A stretch of DNA of 64,000 nt from a virus (taxonomy: Duplodnaviria > Caudoviricetes), in the IMG/VR virus record IMGVR_UViG_3300037424_001593, positions 1-64,000 of that record. One strand, 5' to 3'. Below the pieces are notes generated by a model. The model was not told the DNA's origin. It searched no databases and was given only the letters and a program-made list of their open reading frames with translations. Below are positions 1 through 9,297 of the stretch, one piece after another (within the stretch, counting starts at the first letter, position 1; each line of letters starts with the position of its first letter). The position numbers were made by a program, and so were the translations under genes.

Positions 1-17
1 AAGACCACAGGAAGCGT

Positions 18-1505
18 TTGCGCATTGCGCCGCGCACCGCGGACGATCAAACGTGTCCACACGACCAACGCGCTACAGGCCAACATTTCGGGTGCTTCTA
101 CCGCTGTGCGATGTTCCAGGCGAAGACCCCGCGTACGCGTGAAGAGACGCTCGCTGCAATCGACGAGCTTCTCGAGGACCGTTATGCGGTGTTTGGCAGA
201 CGCACCAAGGATGATGACCACGAGCCGTGGAGGAACACATGAGCAAGTTTGCCAAGCCTGCCTTCACGGGCATCAAGCGCGTGTCTACGTACGAGGTCAG
301 CGAGGGCCGAACGCTCACGATCACCCTTACGCGCGAGGAGCGTGGGTGGTGGGTCCGCGAGGATAAGTCGTGGGACGCGGACCTCTCTTGCTCGACGGGG
401 CCGTTCGATATGCGAACTGCGCTCGACGTCGAAGAAGAATGGGCTGCGCATGCGAGGCTCACGTGGCGGTGACGCGCACGCCTACTGGGCGGCGCCTTGA
501 GATGCCGGCCGTCGGTTTCCCCGTGCGCACGCCCGAAGCGCGCAAGTTGCGCGCGTGGTACCTCGCGCAGTACCCGGAGCTCCAGACCATGACCGTCGAT
601 TACGCTGCGCTCGAGCGCCGCATCGAGGCTGCGCTGCAACACCCGCAGAATCGAAAGCAGCGTCGCGCCGAAGCGGCAAGAGCTCGAGGTGTCCGATGAA
701 CCGGCCCGAATGGGTGAAGTGCGTCGGCACCGGGCATGCGCTCGATCGCGAAGCACGGAAGACGTGCTGCGGGCGTACGCACGACGCCTTCGAGTGGACG
801 TTCCTGGACCCCACGCACGCGTACCTCACCATGCGCGCGGGTAGGCGTTTTGCCGCGTGTCCCGAGTGCGTAGACGAGATCACCAAAGTGCTGCGAGGGC
901 AACCATGACCGTACGCGTGAAGGGTGCGTCTCCTGAGGCCCCGCGTTGCTTCTGGTCAAAGCACGGCGACTACGGCTGGTGTGTCGCTGTGCCCGAGGAC
1001 AACGTGCCGAGAAAGAGGAACGGCATCCGCGGACCTGTGCGTGTACACGCGAAATCCGGCGAGGTGCGCGAGGCCTATCTGCTCGATCGCGTCGGCAGCA
1101 TTCCGTTTCAAGGCGTCATGTACGTGCGCTTCACCGAGGACCGCGATCCTTTCGACACTCTGGGTGATGGTGTAGCTGACGGAGACGCAGACGCAGACGT
1201 TTTCAGCGACTACTGCGGCCTGAACTACGGCGGCGGTCCCGATTGGGGCGACAGGGAGTACTGAGGCGATGAACTACAAGAAACGAGCACGAGCTCGACG
1301 ACGGCATGCGCCACTCTGGCGCTTAGCGTGGATCGCGCCGCTGTACACCGCGGTCTTCCTCAAAGGAATCGACCCTGAATGGCAGGGAGCGCAAGATGCG
1401 CTTTACGCGCTTCCACCTCGGCGTTTCGCACGTGCGGCTTCGCGTCTCGCATACGTACGCTTGCTGCGGCGTAACGCTCAGAGCCGCGGCGGCCAGATGA
1501 AGTAG
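18..1505 (+). other. Cluster of small rightward hypothetical phage ORFs (approx. 18-242, 239-472, 469-699, 696-908, 905-1264, 1269-1505)
   Basis: Tightly packed ORFs, several with ATGA/GTGA stop-start overlaps; no recognisable domains. Confidence 0.6.
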
Positions 1506-1990
1506 CCGTTCGGCGCATCCGGCTGCTCAAGCGGGCGCTTACGCATCACGGCGCCGCGGACCGGGTCGAAAACACAACACGTGAGCTCACCGTCCTCGTG
1601 GACTGCTGTGAGGATCGCAGCCTGCGGGACAGCCGTCGCCGACTGCATGAAGTGCAGGATGCGGCCGATCGTGGGGATGATGGACGAGTAGTCCTGCGGC
1701 GCGATCTTGGGCACAGATGCTTGCTTCGTCCGCTTCTTGTCCTCCCAGCACTCCTCCCAGCACGTGTCGCAGACGGTGAAGACGGTGCCACCCTGACTCT
1801 TGGTGCGGAGCGTTCCGCATTTGTCGCACGGGTAGAGCGGCTCTTCGACGGGGACAAGCACAGGCTCTGCTGGCGTTGTCGCGGGCACCGTGTGCGTCAT
1901 CTCGAGCACGTTCTCGTTCGTCGTGCTTGGTGGTGCGGGCGTCTCCGTTGTCTTCTTCTGTGTCGGCTTGGATGTCTTCTTCGAGCTCAT
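1478..1990 (-). CDS. Hypothetical phage protein with CxxC..CxxC zinc ribbon and C-terminal PTIGRILHF...FIWPPR domain
   Basis: Start reassigned to ATG 1990 (RBS GAGGAG); CDKC/CDTC motifs; the longer ORF to 2146 runs into the tmRNA. Confidence 0.7.
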   Translation of the reverse strand: MSSKKTSKPTQKKTTETPAPPSTTNENVLEMTHTVPATTPAEPVLVPVEEPLYPCDKCGTLRTKSQGGTVFTVCDTCWEECWEDKKRTKQASVPKIAPQDYSSIIPTIGRILHFMQSATAVPQAAILTAVHEDGELTCCVFDPVRGAVMRKRPLEQPDAPNGYFIWPPRL

Positions 1991-2007
1991 TCGCCTTCTC
2001 CTCTTTG

Positions 2008-2385
2008 TGGACGTGCCGGGAAGTCGAACCCGGGTCCAGAACCCCATCAACCTCGATACTACGTGCGTAGCCAAGCTTCGTGCCGTCAGGGTGCACATGG
2101 TCTTGGCGACCAACCCTTGGGGGCTCGGTTTCCCGAGCACCTCCACCAGCCTCAGAGTCGGGTGATTAGGCCGCCCCGCTGAGACACCGGAGTGTTTCCC
2201 TCCAAAATTACGCCAGCATCCCTAAGGAGGACTTCAGGTGCGGACGCCCATCACGCCGCCTGTGCGAGGATGGGTTCTGCGTTGTCGTTCGCAGGTTTGG
2301 GTGATCGGCTTGATAAAGCGGCCAACCGATCAACCGCTGCACGCATCGAAGTTTTCAATGAGCCCTGTCGAAACCTGTCACGCCC
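2008..2385 (-). ncRNA. ssrA: tmRNA (transfer-messenger RNA), tag ANDNAEPILAQAA* at 2292->2251
   Basis: 5' GGGCGTGACAGGTTTCGAC; acceptor stem GGGCGTG/CACGTCC with G3.U70; T-arm CCGGG-TTCGACTT-CCCGG; pk1 (GCGG/CCGC, GATCGG/CCGATC); 3' CTACGCACGTAGTATCGAGG...GGACCCGGGTTCGA resembles the canonical ssrA 3' region; ANDN...AA tag. Confidence 0.95.
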
Positions 2386-2399
2386 TGATGGCCTGCGAT

Positions 2400-2511
2400 A
2401 AACAAAAGGCGGGGTAGCTTGCGCTGCCTCGCCCTCTGCCCGGAAGAGTCCAAGACTCGTCGCGATTCGCAGATCACAACCCTACACGAGCGGCGCAGCC
2501 GCCGTCAAGAG
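2400..2511 (-). ncRNA. Small-RNA unit copy A (promoter 2508->2479, two-hairpin RNA ~2470->2400)
   Basis: TTGACG-18-TAGGGT; hairpin GAGTC-TTG-GACTC; hairpin GGCGAGGCAGC-GCAA-GCTACCCCGCC followed by TTTTGTTT. Confidence 0.7.
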
Positions 2512-2512
2512 A

Positions 2513-3712
2513 TCACACCTTCGATCGCAGCCCCTGCGGCGCGACCTTCTTCCAGATGACGCCAAGCGCGAGCGCGACACCGGCTGCAGCCCCGACAAGC
2601 GCGCCGTACGCCCAGCCTGCAGCGGGGTAAAGACACTCGACGTTCGTCTCGGGCACGATGAGGTTCACGTACCCACTATCGACTTCGGGCGGCGTTGTCC
2701 CTGCGGGCATCGGCACGTTCGTCACACTCTGCCCGGGCGCCACACCGCTCGAGCTCGAAGGCGTAACGACACCCCCAGATGTTGCGTCGGCCGCGAGCAT
2801 CGCGTTCTGGAACGCTGCGAGGTACCCCGGGATCGTTGATCCCAGCCCGCTGAGCGAGGAGGCCATCGAGCGCAAGCGCGCGCGACGCGAGGAGATCTCG
2901 CCCTCGGAGCTCATCACCGGACCGAACGCCCAGCCGCTCGTCGGAGGGAGCATGCGCGGCGCGTACGTCGGGTCTGCGATCGAGTTGAAGCCCCCTTGCG
3001 CTGCGTTCAGCGCAATGAAACCTCGACGCCGCAGTATCGCGCCTGATGCATCCCGGATCGGCTCGCGCGCGATCTCGATGCCGAGCGCCTTGAAGAGCGT
3101 GATTGGATCACACGTCGTCCCGATATCGTTGAGGTCAGGCCCCGGACGATACGCAGCTTCTCCACTTGAGCCGAAGATCGTCTTGTTGTTCCCTGGAAGC
3201 CAGTCGGGCGCGATGTTGTTGTACGTCGAGCGCTTGAGGTTCCGAAACTCGAAGTGCTCGTGATAGCCCATCGAGTGGAAGATGCCGTTGCGCGAGACGC
3301 CGATGCGCGCGATGTGCTGCCCTGCGGTGACACGATCACCTACAGCGACTCGGTAGTCCGCGAGGTGCGCGTAGAACGAGCACCAAGGTGTGCCGCGCGG
3401 ACCGATGAGTTGTGGGTGCTCGACGAGCACGCAGTTGCCGTAACCCGTCGTCGCGTTCTTCGCGTCTGCAGGCCACACCTCGCAGAAGACGAAGCGCACA
3501 ACGCCGTCCGCGACCGCGAATACGGGCCACGCGTTCGGCGGTTCATCGCCGTTGAAGTCGAGCCCCGCGTGAAACTTCGTGTGCCCTGCGAGCGTGCGCA
3601 GTCCGTAGTCCGAGCCGCAGAACATGCGATCGGCATCGACCGGAGGACACGCGCGGTGTCCGCTTGGGACGCCACGCGGCAAGAGCATGGCTGCGGTCAC
3701 TTCAAACGACAT
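2513..3712 (-). CDS. M23 family peptidoglycan endopeptidase with C-terminal transmembrane anchor
   Basis: HAGLD (HxxxD), VFAVADGVV, YGNCVLVEH, YAHL, HEHFE (HxH); hydrophobic C-terminus + WKK. Confidence 0.9.
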   Translation of the reverse strand: MSFEVTAAMLLPRGVPSGHRACPPVDADRMFCGSDYGLRTLAGHTKFHAGLDFNGDEPPNAWPVFAVADGVVRFVFCEVWPADAKNATTGYGNCVLVEHPQLIGPRGTPWCSFYAHLADYRVAVGDRVTAGQHIARIGVSRNGIFHSMGYHEHFEFRNLKRSTYNNIAPDWLPGNNKTIFGSSGEAAYRPGPDLNDIGTTCDPITLFKALGIEIAREPIRDASGAILRRRGFIALNAAQGGFNSIADPTYAPRMLPPTSGWAFGPVMSSEGEISSRRARLRSMASSLSGLGSTIPGYLAAFQNAMLAADATSGGVVTPSSSSGVAPGQSVTNVPMPAGTTPPEVDSGYVNLIVPETNVECLYPAAGWAYGALVGAAAGVALALGVIWKKVAPQGLRSKV

Positions 3713-3953
3713 CGGTCGCCTCCTCGTCGCTGAGCTCTTCGGCGATACGCCACATCGAAAGCAAGCCCCCGACGACGATCCCTGCGCCGGTCAGCGCCTC
3801 GGCTTGCTTGTGTTTGCCGCGCGCGTGCAGGCCCCACACGGTGAACGCGCCGAGCGTCCCACCGAGCGCGAGCGCGAGCTCGATACGCAACTTCCGAGCT
3901 CGAGGGTTCGAGTCGGGGATGATGCGGCCGAGCTGTTGAATCACGATGGCCAT
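3702..3953 (-). CDS. Small two-TM membrane protein
   Basis: Two hydrophobic segments; in structural operon. Confidence 0.65.
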   Translation of the reverse strand: MAIVIQQLGRIIPDSNPRARKLRIELALALGGTLGAFTVWGLHARGKHKQAEALTGAGIVVGGLLSMWRIAEELSDEEATDVV

Positions 3954-3956
3954 GGG

Positions 3957-4256
3957 CTACTTGCCTCCGACGCGACGCGCTGTAAGTGGTGCAGCGGCAG
4001 CAGCCGCTTCAGTAGGCGCATCTACCTCCGACTTGATTCGCAAACGGCGCTCTATATTCTCTCGCGCGCCTGCACCGGGAACAACCACCGCGTCGATGTC
4101 CCGCTTCAAAAGCACAGCCCACATGCCGTCGATCGTCTCTTCGGGAACGGCGTACGTTGTCGTGCCTGGTTTAGGGTAACCGAGATGATTGTTTACCCTG
4201 TTGATGTAGTTCTGCGCGGCCTGTTGTGTAGGGAAGAAATGGTAGGGCCGAATCAT
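3957..4256 (-). CDS. Hypothetical virion-associated protein
   Basis: ATGA overlap with upstream gene at 4253-4256. Confidence 0.55.
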   Translation of the reverse strand: MIRPYHFFPTQQAAQNYINRVNNHLGYPKPGTTTYAVPEETIDGMWAVLLKRDIDAVVVPGAGARENIERRLRIKSEVDAPTEAAAAAAPLTARRVGGK

Positions 4257-5014
4257 ATCGAATATTCCCCCTTCCAAAAGGCGAGCTCAGCAGCAGCTTG
4301 CGCTGCCGTAAATAGCCCGTCGTAGATTGACACACATGCGACAGCACCTACCCAGTATTGTGAACCCAACGTTTCGCGGCCGCCTAGCTGTATCCGCTGC
4401 GTACGCCAGGCACCCGCGGTACTGCCTGTGGTGTTGACCGTTTCGTCAAGGCCGTTCACTTTCGCTAACGGTAAGGCATTCGCGCCCGCGGTGGCTGGGT
4501 CCCACGATACGACGTTCACAAAAACCGAAGGCGTTGAAGTCTTTAGTTTCTCCGTAGAACCAGTGTAATGAAACGCTGTTCTGTAGGTTCCGGCGCCGTT
4601 GATATAGTGGACGAACCCGCCGTTGCTGACGCTGTAGTATGTAGAACTTTCGAACAAGGACGAAAACGCACCTGCGTTCAAATCTTCGGCGACCAACACA
4701 GTTGTCATGGTCGTGGGGAGCGCAAAATTACCTGCAGTCTGGTAGACCTCGGCGTCTGCGAACTCTATCGTTGGCCGATTGCCGAATGTTGCATCGGTGA
4801 CGTTGAGCAACGCCTGCTTTGCCCCTGTCGCCTGCACGAGCGCGTCAGCAGTGATGATGTTGCCGAGCCCGTCTATCGGGTTGATGCCGGATACATCAAG
4901 CCCGTTGAGCGTGCAGATCTGCGTATTCGTCGAAGCTTGCCACCGACGGTACAGCGAGGTGAAGTTCGGGCCGAGCCTGCGCTGTGCGATCGACGCTGCA
5001 GGAAACTGTCCCAT
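4253..5014 (-). CDS. Putative LamG/concanavalin-A-like receptor-binding domain protein
   Basis: QATGAKQ...GNRPTIEF, IQLGGRE, GAVACVSIYDGLFT pattern typical of phage LamG-like domains. Confidence 0.55.
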   Translation of the reverse strand: MGQFPAASIAQRRLGPNFTSLYRRWQASTNTQICTLNGLDVSGINPIDGLGNIITADALVQATGAKQALLNVTDATFGNRPTIEFADAEVYQTAGNFALPTTMTTVLVAEDLNAGAFSSLFESSTYYSVSNGGFVHYINGAGTYRTAFHYTGSTEKLKTSTPSVFVNVVSWDPATAGANALPLAKVNGLDETVNTTGSTAGAWRTQRIQLGGRETLGSQYWVGAVACVSIYDGLFTAAQAAAELAFWKGEYSI

Positions 5015-5557
5015 TCAGGATACCCAGAAAGCAGTAGCGCTCTGGCGCCAAATCAAATACGAAGGCGCTGTTTGCGGCGTCGTCGGTGACGGCACGAGCG
5101 TTGAGCCGGGCAACGACGTGATGCCCACACCCACGGCGCCACCATTGACGGTCTGTGTAACGCCCACGGCGAGCCCCATACCGAACACGGACGTGTTCGT
5201 TTTGGTAAGCACTCGAGAGACATCGATCGGCCAGGTCGTCAAGTCCGCCGCAGTTGGAAGCGTGAACGTCGCAAGTGCGCCGGTGTGAATATTCGCGATA
5301 GCGTTCTGCGTCGTCCAGTTGATGGCTGCGCCGTTTTCCGCAACGGTGCCGGAACGCTCGAGCGCACCCCACGTTGCACTGCCTGCGGTCGCAAGCGTGC
5401 ACACAAACGTCAGAAGCGCGCCCGTCACGTAGCAAAGATCGCCTACGGCGAGGTTTGCGTTCTGTATCGCCGCGCCGCTGACGTTCGGCAAATCTGCGGG
5501 CGTAGCCACGTTGGGCCACTGCCGAAAATCTGCGAGTGAAGGTCCGCGAACAGACAT
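5015..5557 (-). CDS. Short spike/fibre protein sharing an N-terminal module with 5557-6864
   Basis: ATPADLPNVSG..LAVGDLCYVTG..TFVCT..ATWGA vs ATAADLPNASG..LEVGDTAYVTG..QYVCT..ATWGA. Confidence 0.65.
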   Translation of the reverse strand: MSVRGPSLADFRQWPNVATPADLPNVSGAAIQNANLAVGDLCYVTGALLTFVCTLATAGSATWGALERSGTVAENGAAINWTTQNAIANIHTGALATFTLPTAADLTTWPIDVSRVLTKTNTSVFGMGLAVGVTQTVNGGAVGVGITSLPGSTLVPSPTTPQTAPSYLIWRQSATAFWVS

Positions 5558-6864
5558 TAGATGTTCCTCATCATGTTCAAGAACGATCCAGAAGCGTCCG
5601 TAACGGCGGTCGTGAACGTGCGAAGGTACCCTGAGCCTGTTGCGTTCGTTTGCGTCGCACTCACGTCAATACCAAGTGCGAAACCATCGAAGGAGCAGTT
5701 AGTTATGCTGTTGCCGACGCCCGTACCTTGGAAGGACGCGCCAGCGCTTGCGGCGTTGACACTCGTTGTTTGAAATGTGGAATCGGTAACACGTCCACAA
5801 ATCAAGCCGCTTGCGTTGCTGCCCGTTGCGAAGATAACACCGAACTGCGCAAGCGCTGCGATGTCCAGGATATACGCGTATCCGTTCTCCACTACAGGAC
5901 CCATGCGCAGTGCACCCGAGCCCGCGCTTGCGCCCAGACGTAGGGCTGCACGTCCCAGGCCCAAAAACTGCCAACCCACGCAGGACACAGTACCTTCTAA
6001 GTCAAAACCAATGTCTGCACGTTCAACCTGACAACTGATCAACTGCGACGTGCGTTGGAATGACGCTGCGCCGCGGGATTGAATCTCAAAACCGCTCAGA
6101 TCCGCAGCGACACCGAGCGCACGCTTCGAAACGCCGCTTAGAAGCACATGCTCGAGGTAAACACCTGCGTCCCCCGCAACGGTACGCACAATAGACGTAA
6201 GCGACTCATTCGCGACCTGTCCCGCGGTCTGCGTAGACATCGCGATTTCCACCTGGCGCATAGTCGCTAGATGGGCCAGCGAAATGACCTCTGTACCCGC
6301 AGCACCCACCGAAGGTGCAGGTACACCGATGAATACGTTCGAGAGCTCTGCGTACGTCGCGAGCGTTGCGATACGACGATTTGTCGCTGTAGCGTTAAAA
6401 ATCACGCCACCCCAGGTACCGCCGTAGCATCGCACAAAATCGGGTATTGTGAGCACTGTTGAAATCGTGTACGTCCCGGGACGAACCCACACATCCAAAC
6501 CAAGAGCGCCTGCCGCCGTAAGAGCCGCTTGAAGTTGCACCCCATCGCCCACGTCGAGGTAGTTACACACCTCGAGCGTATCACCCGCGACGCTGTTGCC
6601 TACGATGAGCCGCGGTCCTTGGTGGTCCGTGTTCGGGTTCGCGCCCCACGTTGCGTCAGCACCGCTGAGCGTGCCTTTCGACGTGCAAACATACTGTTGT
6701 GTGGTGCCTGTAACGTACGCGGTGTCGCCGACCTCAAGCTGCGTGAAGTACGGGTTGGCGAGTGCGTTTCCGCTCGCGTTCGGAAGATCTGCGGCAGTCG
6801 CGTAGTTGCCCCAGTCGCGGCTGTACTGCGAACGAGCTTGCAGCGTAGGAGTCTTCGCAGCCAT
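5557..6864 (-). CDS. Beta-helix (pectate-lyase-like) spike protein
   Basis: DGVQLQAALTAAGA..VWVRPGTYTISTVLTIP beta-helix cap motif; Asn/Gly-rich repeats downstream. Confidence 0.7.
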   Translation of the reverse strand: MAAKTPTLQARSQYSRDWGNYATAADLPNASGNALANPYFTQLEVGDTAYVTGTTQQYVCTSKGTLSGADATWGANPNTDHQGPRLIVGNSVAGDTLEVCNYLDVGDGVQLQAALTAAGALGLDVWVRPGTYTISTVLTIPDFVRCYGGTWGGVIFNATATNRRIATLATYAELSNVFIGVPAPSVGAAGTEVISLAHLATMRQVEIAMSTQTAGQVANESLTSIVRTVAGDAGVYLEHVLLSGVSKRALGVAADLSGFEIQSRGAASFQRTSQLISCQVERADIGFDLEGTVSCVGWQFLGLGRAALRLGASAGSGALRMGPVVENGYAYILDIAALAQFGVIFATGSNASGLICGRVTDSTFQTTSVNAASAGASFQGTGVGNSITNCSFDGFALGIDVSATQTNATGSGYLRTFTTAVTDASGSFLNMMRNI

Positions 6865-8018
6865 CAGGGCACCGCCACATTCTCTGCGCTGTTGCAGTTT
6901 ACACCGAGGAGCGCGATGGATGTCGTCGCGCCGCGCGTAATGTTGCCGATCACGTTCGCGTAGTCTTGTGTCGCCGTCCCGCTGATGCCGATCGGGAACT
7001 TGTCGAACGTGTTGCCTTGCGCGACAAAGCCCTCACCAATCTCGTCGAGCTCGATGCCCGTCGCAGTTGCATCAAGCCCCGCAGGAGCAAGAAACGTGGT
7101 GCCGATGATGCGCGCGCCGAAGAGCCCCGTCACGAAGCCGCCCGTACGCACGTAGGCGCCGCTCACATCCGCCATCACACCGTAGATGTTCTGCGTCGCG
7201 AAGTCGATGAGGCCGCCGATCCACGACGGCGCGTAGATACCGTCAAGCACGCTTGTCTGCATCAGCACACCAACTTGCGCAATCGATACCGCCTGGCACC
7301 CGATAGCATCCACGCGCCCGCTGAGCTCGTACCCAACATCGCCACCGCGCACAAGGCAGTGCTCGAGCTGACAGTCGTACGCGCCCTCCATCTGCACACC
7401 CGTCATTGTGCCGCCACTGGCGTCAATGAGTCGTGAGTATGGGATCGTGATCTGTACGTTGATGAGGCGTCCGGACGTAGACTGCAATCGAACTGCGTAG
7501 CGGAGTGTCTCTGTTGCTTGTTGCAGCGCAGTAAGTGACGCGAGTGTGACGGTGCAGTTGCGGAGTTGGTTGTTGCTGCCGAGTTGCACAAGAGCGTCGC
7601 CGACAGGAACGCCCGTAGGGATACTTGCTTGGATTGCGAGGCGCTCGATGACGCAGTTCTCGCGGCTGTCGATCACCGTGCGGTTCGTTGCGCTCGCGGC
7701 AAGCACAGTAGCTGCGCCCGCGCCGTGCATCGTGACGTTGTCTGGAATGTCGAGTGGTGTCGAGATCACGTACGTCCCAGATCGCACGTGCACGTCGCCG
7801 TTGAACGCTGCGGCTGCGGTGAGCGCGGCTTGGAGCTGCACCCCATCGCCCACATCGAGGTAGTTGCACACGGCGATAGTGTCGCCAGCGCCGCTGTTCC
7901 CGACGATGACCTTGGGCCCGTAACGATCAAAAAACCCGAACGGCGAGCCACCGCTGTTATTCCCTGCAGCGTAGAGCGGGACAACGGAGCCAAGGGCGTT
8001 CGAAGGGGTGTGCAACAT
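6864..8018 (-). CDS. Beta-helix (pectate-lyase-like) spike protein 2
   Basis: Start reassigned to ATG 8018; DGVQLQAALTAAAA..VHVRSGTYVISTPLDIP..HGAGAATVL; C-terminal GNT/GNI repeats. Confidence 0.75.
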   Translation of the reverse strand: MLHTPSNALGSVVPLYAAGNNSGGSPFGFFDRYGPKVIVGNSGAGDTIAVCNYLDVGDGVQLQAALTAAAAFNGDVHVRSGTYVISTPLDIPDNVTMHGAGAATVLAASATNRTVIDSRENCVIERLAIQASIPTGVPVGDALVQLGSNNQLRNCTVTLASLTALQQATETLRYAVRLQSTSGRLINVQITIPYSRLIDASGGTMTGVQMEGAYDCQLEHCLVRGGDVGYELSGRVDAIGCQAVSIAQVGVLMQTSVLDGIYAPSWIGGLIDFATQNIYGVMADVSGAYVRTGGFVTGLFGARIIGTTFLAPAGLDATATGIELDEIGEGFVAQGNTFDKFPIGISGTATQDYANVIGNITRGATTSIALLGVNCNSAENVAVP

Positions 8019-8019
8019 A

Positions 8020-8421
8020 TCAGCGCACCTTGTGCACGAGGTAGAAACCGCCGAGCGCGGCGAGCGGAAGCCCGATGAGGAGGATCTTCTTGCGGCGGAT
8101 CTGCGCGCGCACCGTCGCAAGACGTGCCGCCATGTCTGGGTAGTCGGCGAGGATGAGCAGGTCGAACTGCTCGACGATCGACGGGTCGAAAATCGTGAGC
8201 TGATCGCCACGCGGCCTGTGCGTCGCGACCCAGGTCTGCCAGTGCGCGATGTGTCCGAGCACGCTCTCGAGCACTGCGACGTTCGCGTCGCTGATGAACG
8301 AGCTGTTGATCATGTCGAGCGCTGTATCGTTAAGCACCTGCAGGTGCGTCATCAAGATGACGCCCGTCGCGAAATCAATCGGCGTGCCCTCGAAGCGGTT
8401 CGGGATGATGAGCGCGGTCAT
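8020..8421 (-). CDS. C-terminally anchored membrane protein
   Basis: ILLIGLPLAALGGFYLV + HKVR. Confidence 0.7.
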   Translation of the reverse strand: MTALIIPNRFEGTPIDFATGVILMTHLQVLNDTALDMINSSFISDANVAVLESVLGHIAHWQTWVATHRPRGDQLTIFDPSIVEQFDLLILADYPDMAARLATVRAQIRRKKILLIGLPLAALGGFYLVHKVR

Positions 8422-8424
8422 GCT

Positions 8425-8673
8425 TCAGGAGTCTCCACCGCGCAGATACGCGACTGCTTTGCCGACGAGCGCGAGCTCTTTAGGCATGTGCTTCTGTACG
8501 AGCTTCTTGAGCGCGCCCCGTGTGAGCTCGCCGAGTCCTGTGATCGCACGCTGCACAAACGGCGAGCAGCGCGCGCACACGATCGTCCGGTAGCGACCAC
8601 GCACGTGGAACACGTGCGCGTCGCGGGGCGATGTGATGCTGCTCGAGCAAATGGCGCAGGGCGTGTTCATCAA
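8425..8673 (-). CDS. Small CxxC..CxxC protein
   Basis: CAIC, CARC; RBS-linked within operon. Confidence 0.6.
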   Translation of the reverse strand: MMNTPCAICSSSITSPRDAHVFHVRGRYRTIVCARCSPFVQRAITGLGELTRGALKKLVQKHMPKELALVGKAVAYLRGGDS

Positions 8674-8676
8674 GCG

Positions 8677-8880
8677 TTACTTTTGCGAGATCCCACCGAG
8701 GTTGCTCACGCGCACGCTCGAGGCCTGCAGGCGCCTCTCCGCTTCACACGGCGTGCACTTACTGCCGCCGCTCTTTTTTGTGCGCTTGGTGGCGTCTGCG
8801 CGCGCTTGGTTCTGCGCCACGGTGTTCGCTACGTTGTTGAGGCCGTCGAGGAAGGCCTTGAAGACCTGGGACACGATCAT
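8677..8880 (-). CDS. Small basic CxxC protein
   Basis: KCTPCEA; RBS GGAGG. Confidence 0.6.
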   Translation of the reverse strand: MIVSQVFKAFLDGLNNVANTVAQNQARADATKRTKKSGGSKCTPCEAERRLQASSVRVSNLGGISQK

Positions 8881-9297
8881 CTACCTCCGCGTTCGTGGTT
8901 TCTGAAAGAGCAGCATACCCGCACCGACGAGCCCGAGCAGCCCGACGAGCCCTTGGCCGACGTGGACGCTCGTTGTCACGTAGCCGCGCGTCTCCATGAT
9001 GTTCGCGAGCGAGGCGATGCTGACCTGCAGGCCCGCGCCGATGCCCGCGCCCCGCCAGTCGCCCCGCGTCGTCGCGAGCCCGATGCCGCCACCGACGACC
9101 GCTGCGGCGCCGAGCGAGACGAAAGAGCGCGCGGCCGGCGTCATCGAGCCGATCGACCCGAAGCCGCTCAGCGGCTTGAGGTTCACGACGGGCGCCTGGT
9201 TCGACTGCGCCATCACAACGCTGCCGAGCCGCGTGCCGCTCGCCTGCTGTGCCGCTTCGAGGAAAGGCATTGCTTGTTCGTCTTTCACGGCGTTCAT
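8881..9297 (-). CDS. Multi-TM membrane protein with LSGFG motif
   Basis: Three glycine-rich hydrophobic segments; basic C-terminus. Confidence 0.7.
   Translation of the reverse strand: MNAVKDEQAMPFLEAAQQASGTRLGSVVMAQSNQAPVVNLKPLSGFGSIGSMTPAARSFVSLGAAAVVGGGIGLATTRGDWRGAGIGAGLQVSIASLANIMETRGYVTTSVHVGQGLVGLLGLVGAGMLLFQKPRTRR

Noticed and set aside
1991-2146. N-terminal extension of ORF 1478-2146
   Set aside because: Overlaps the tmRNA 3' half; a better start with RBS lies at 1990
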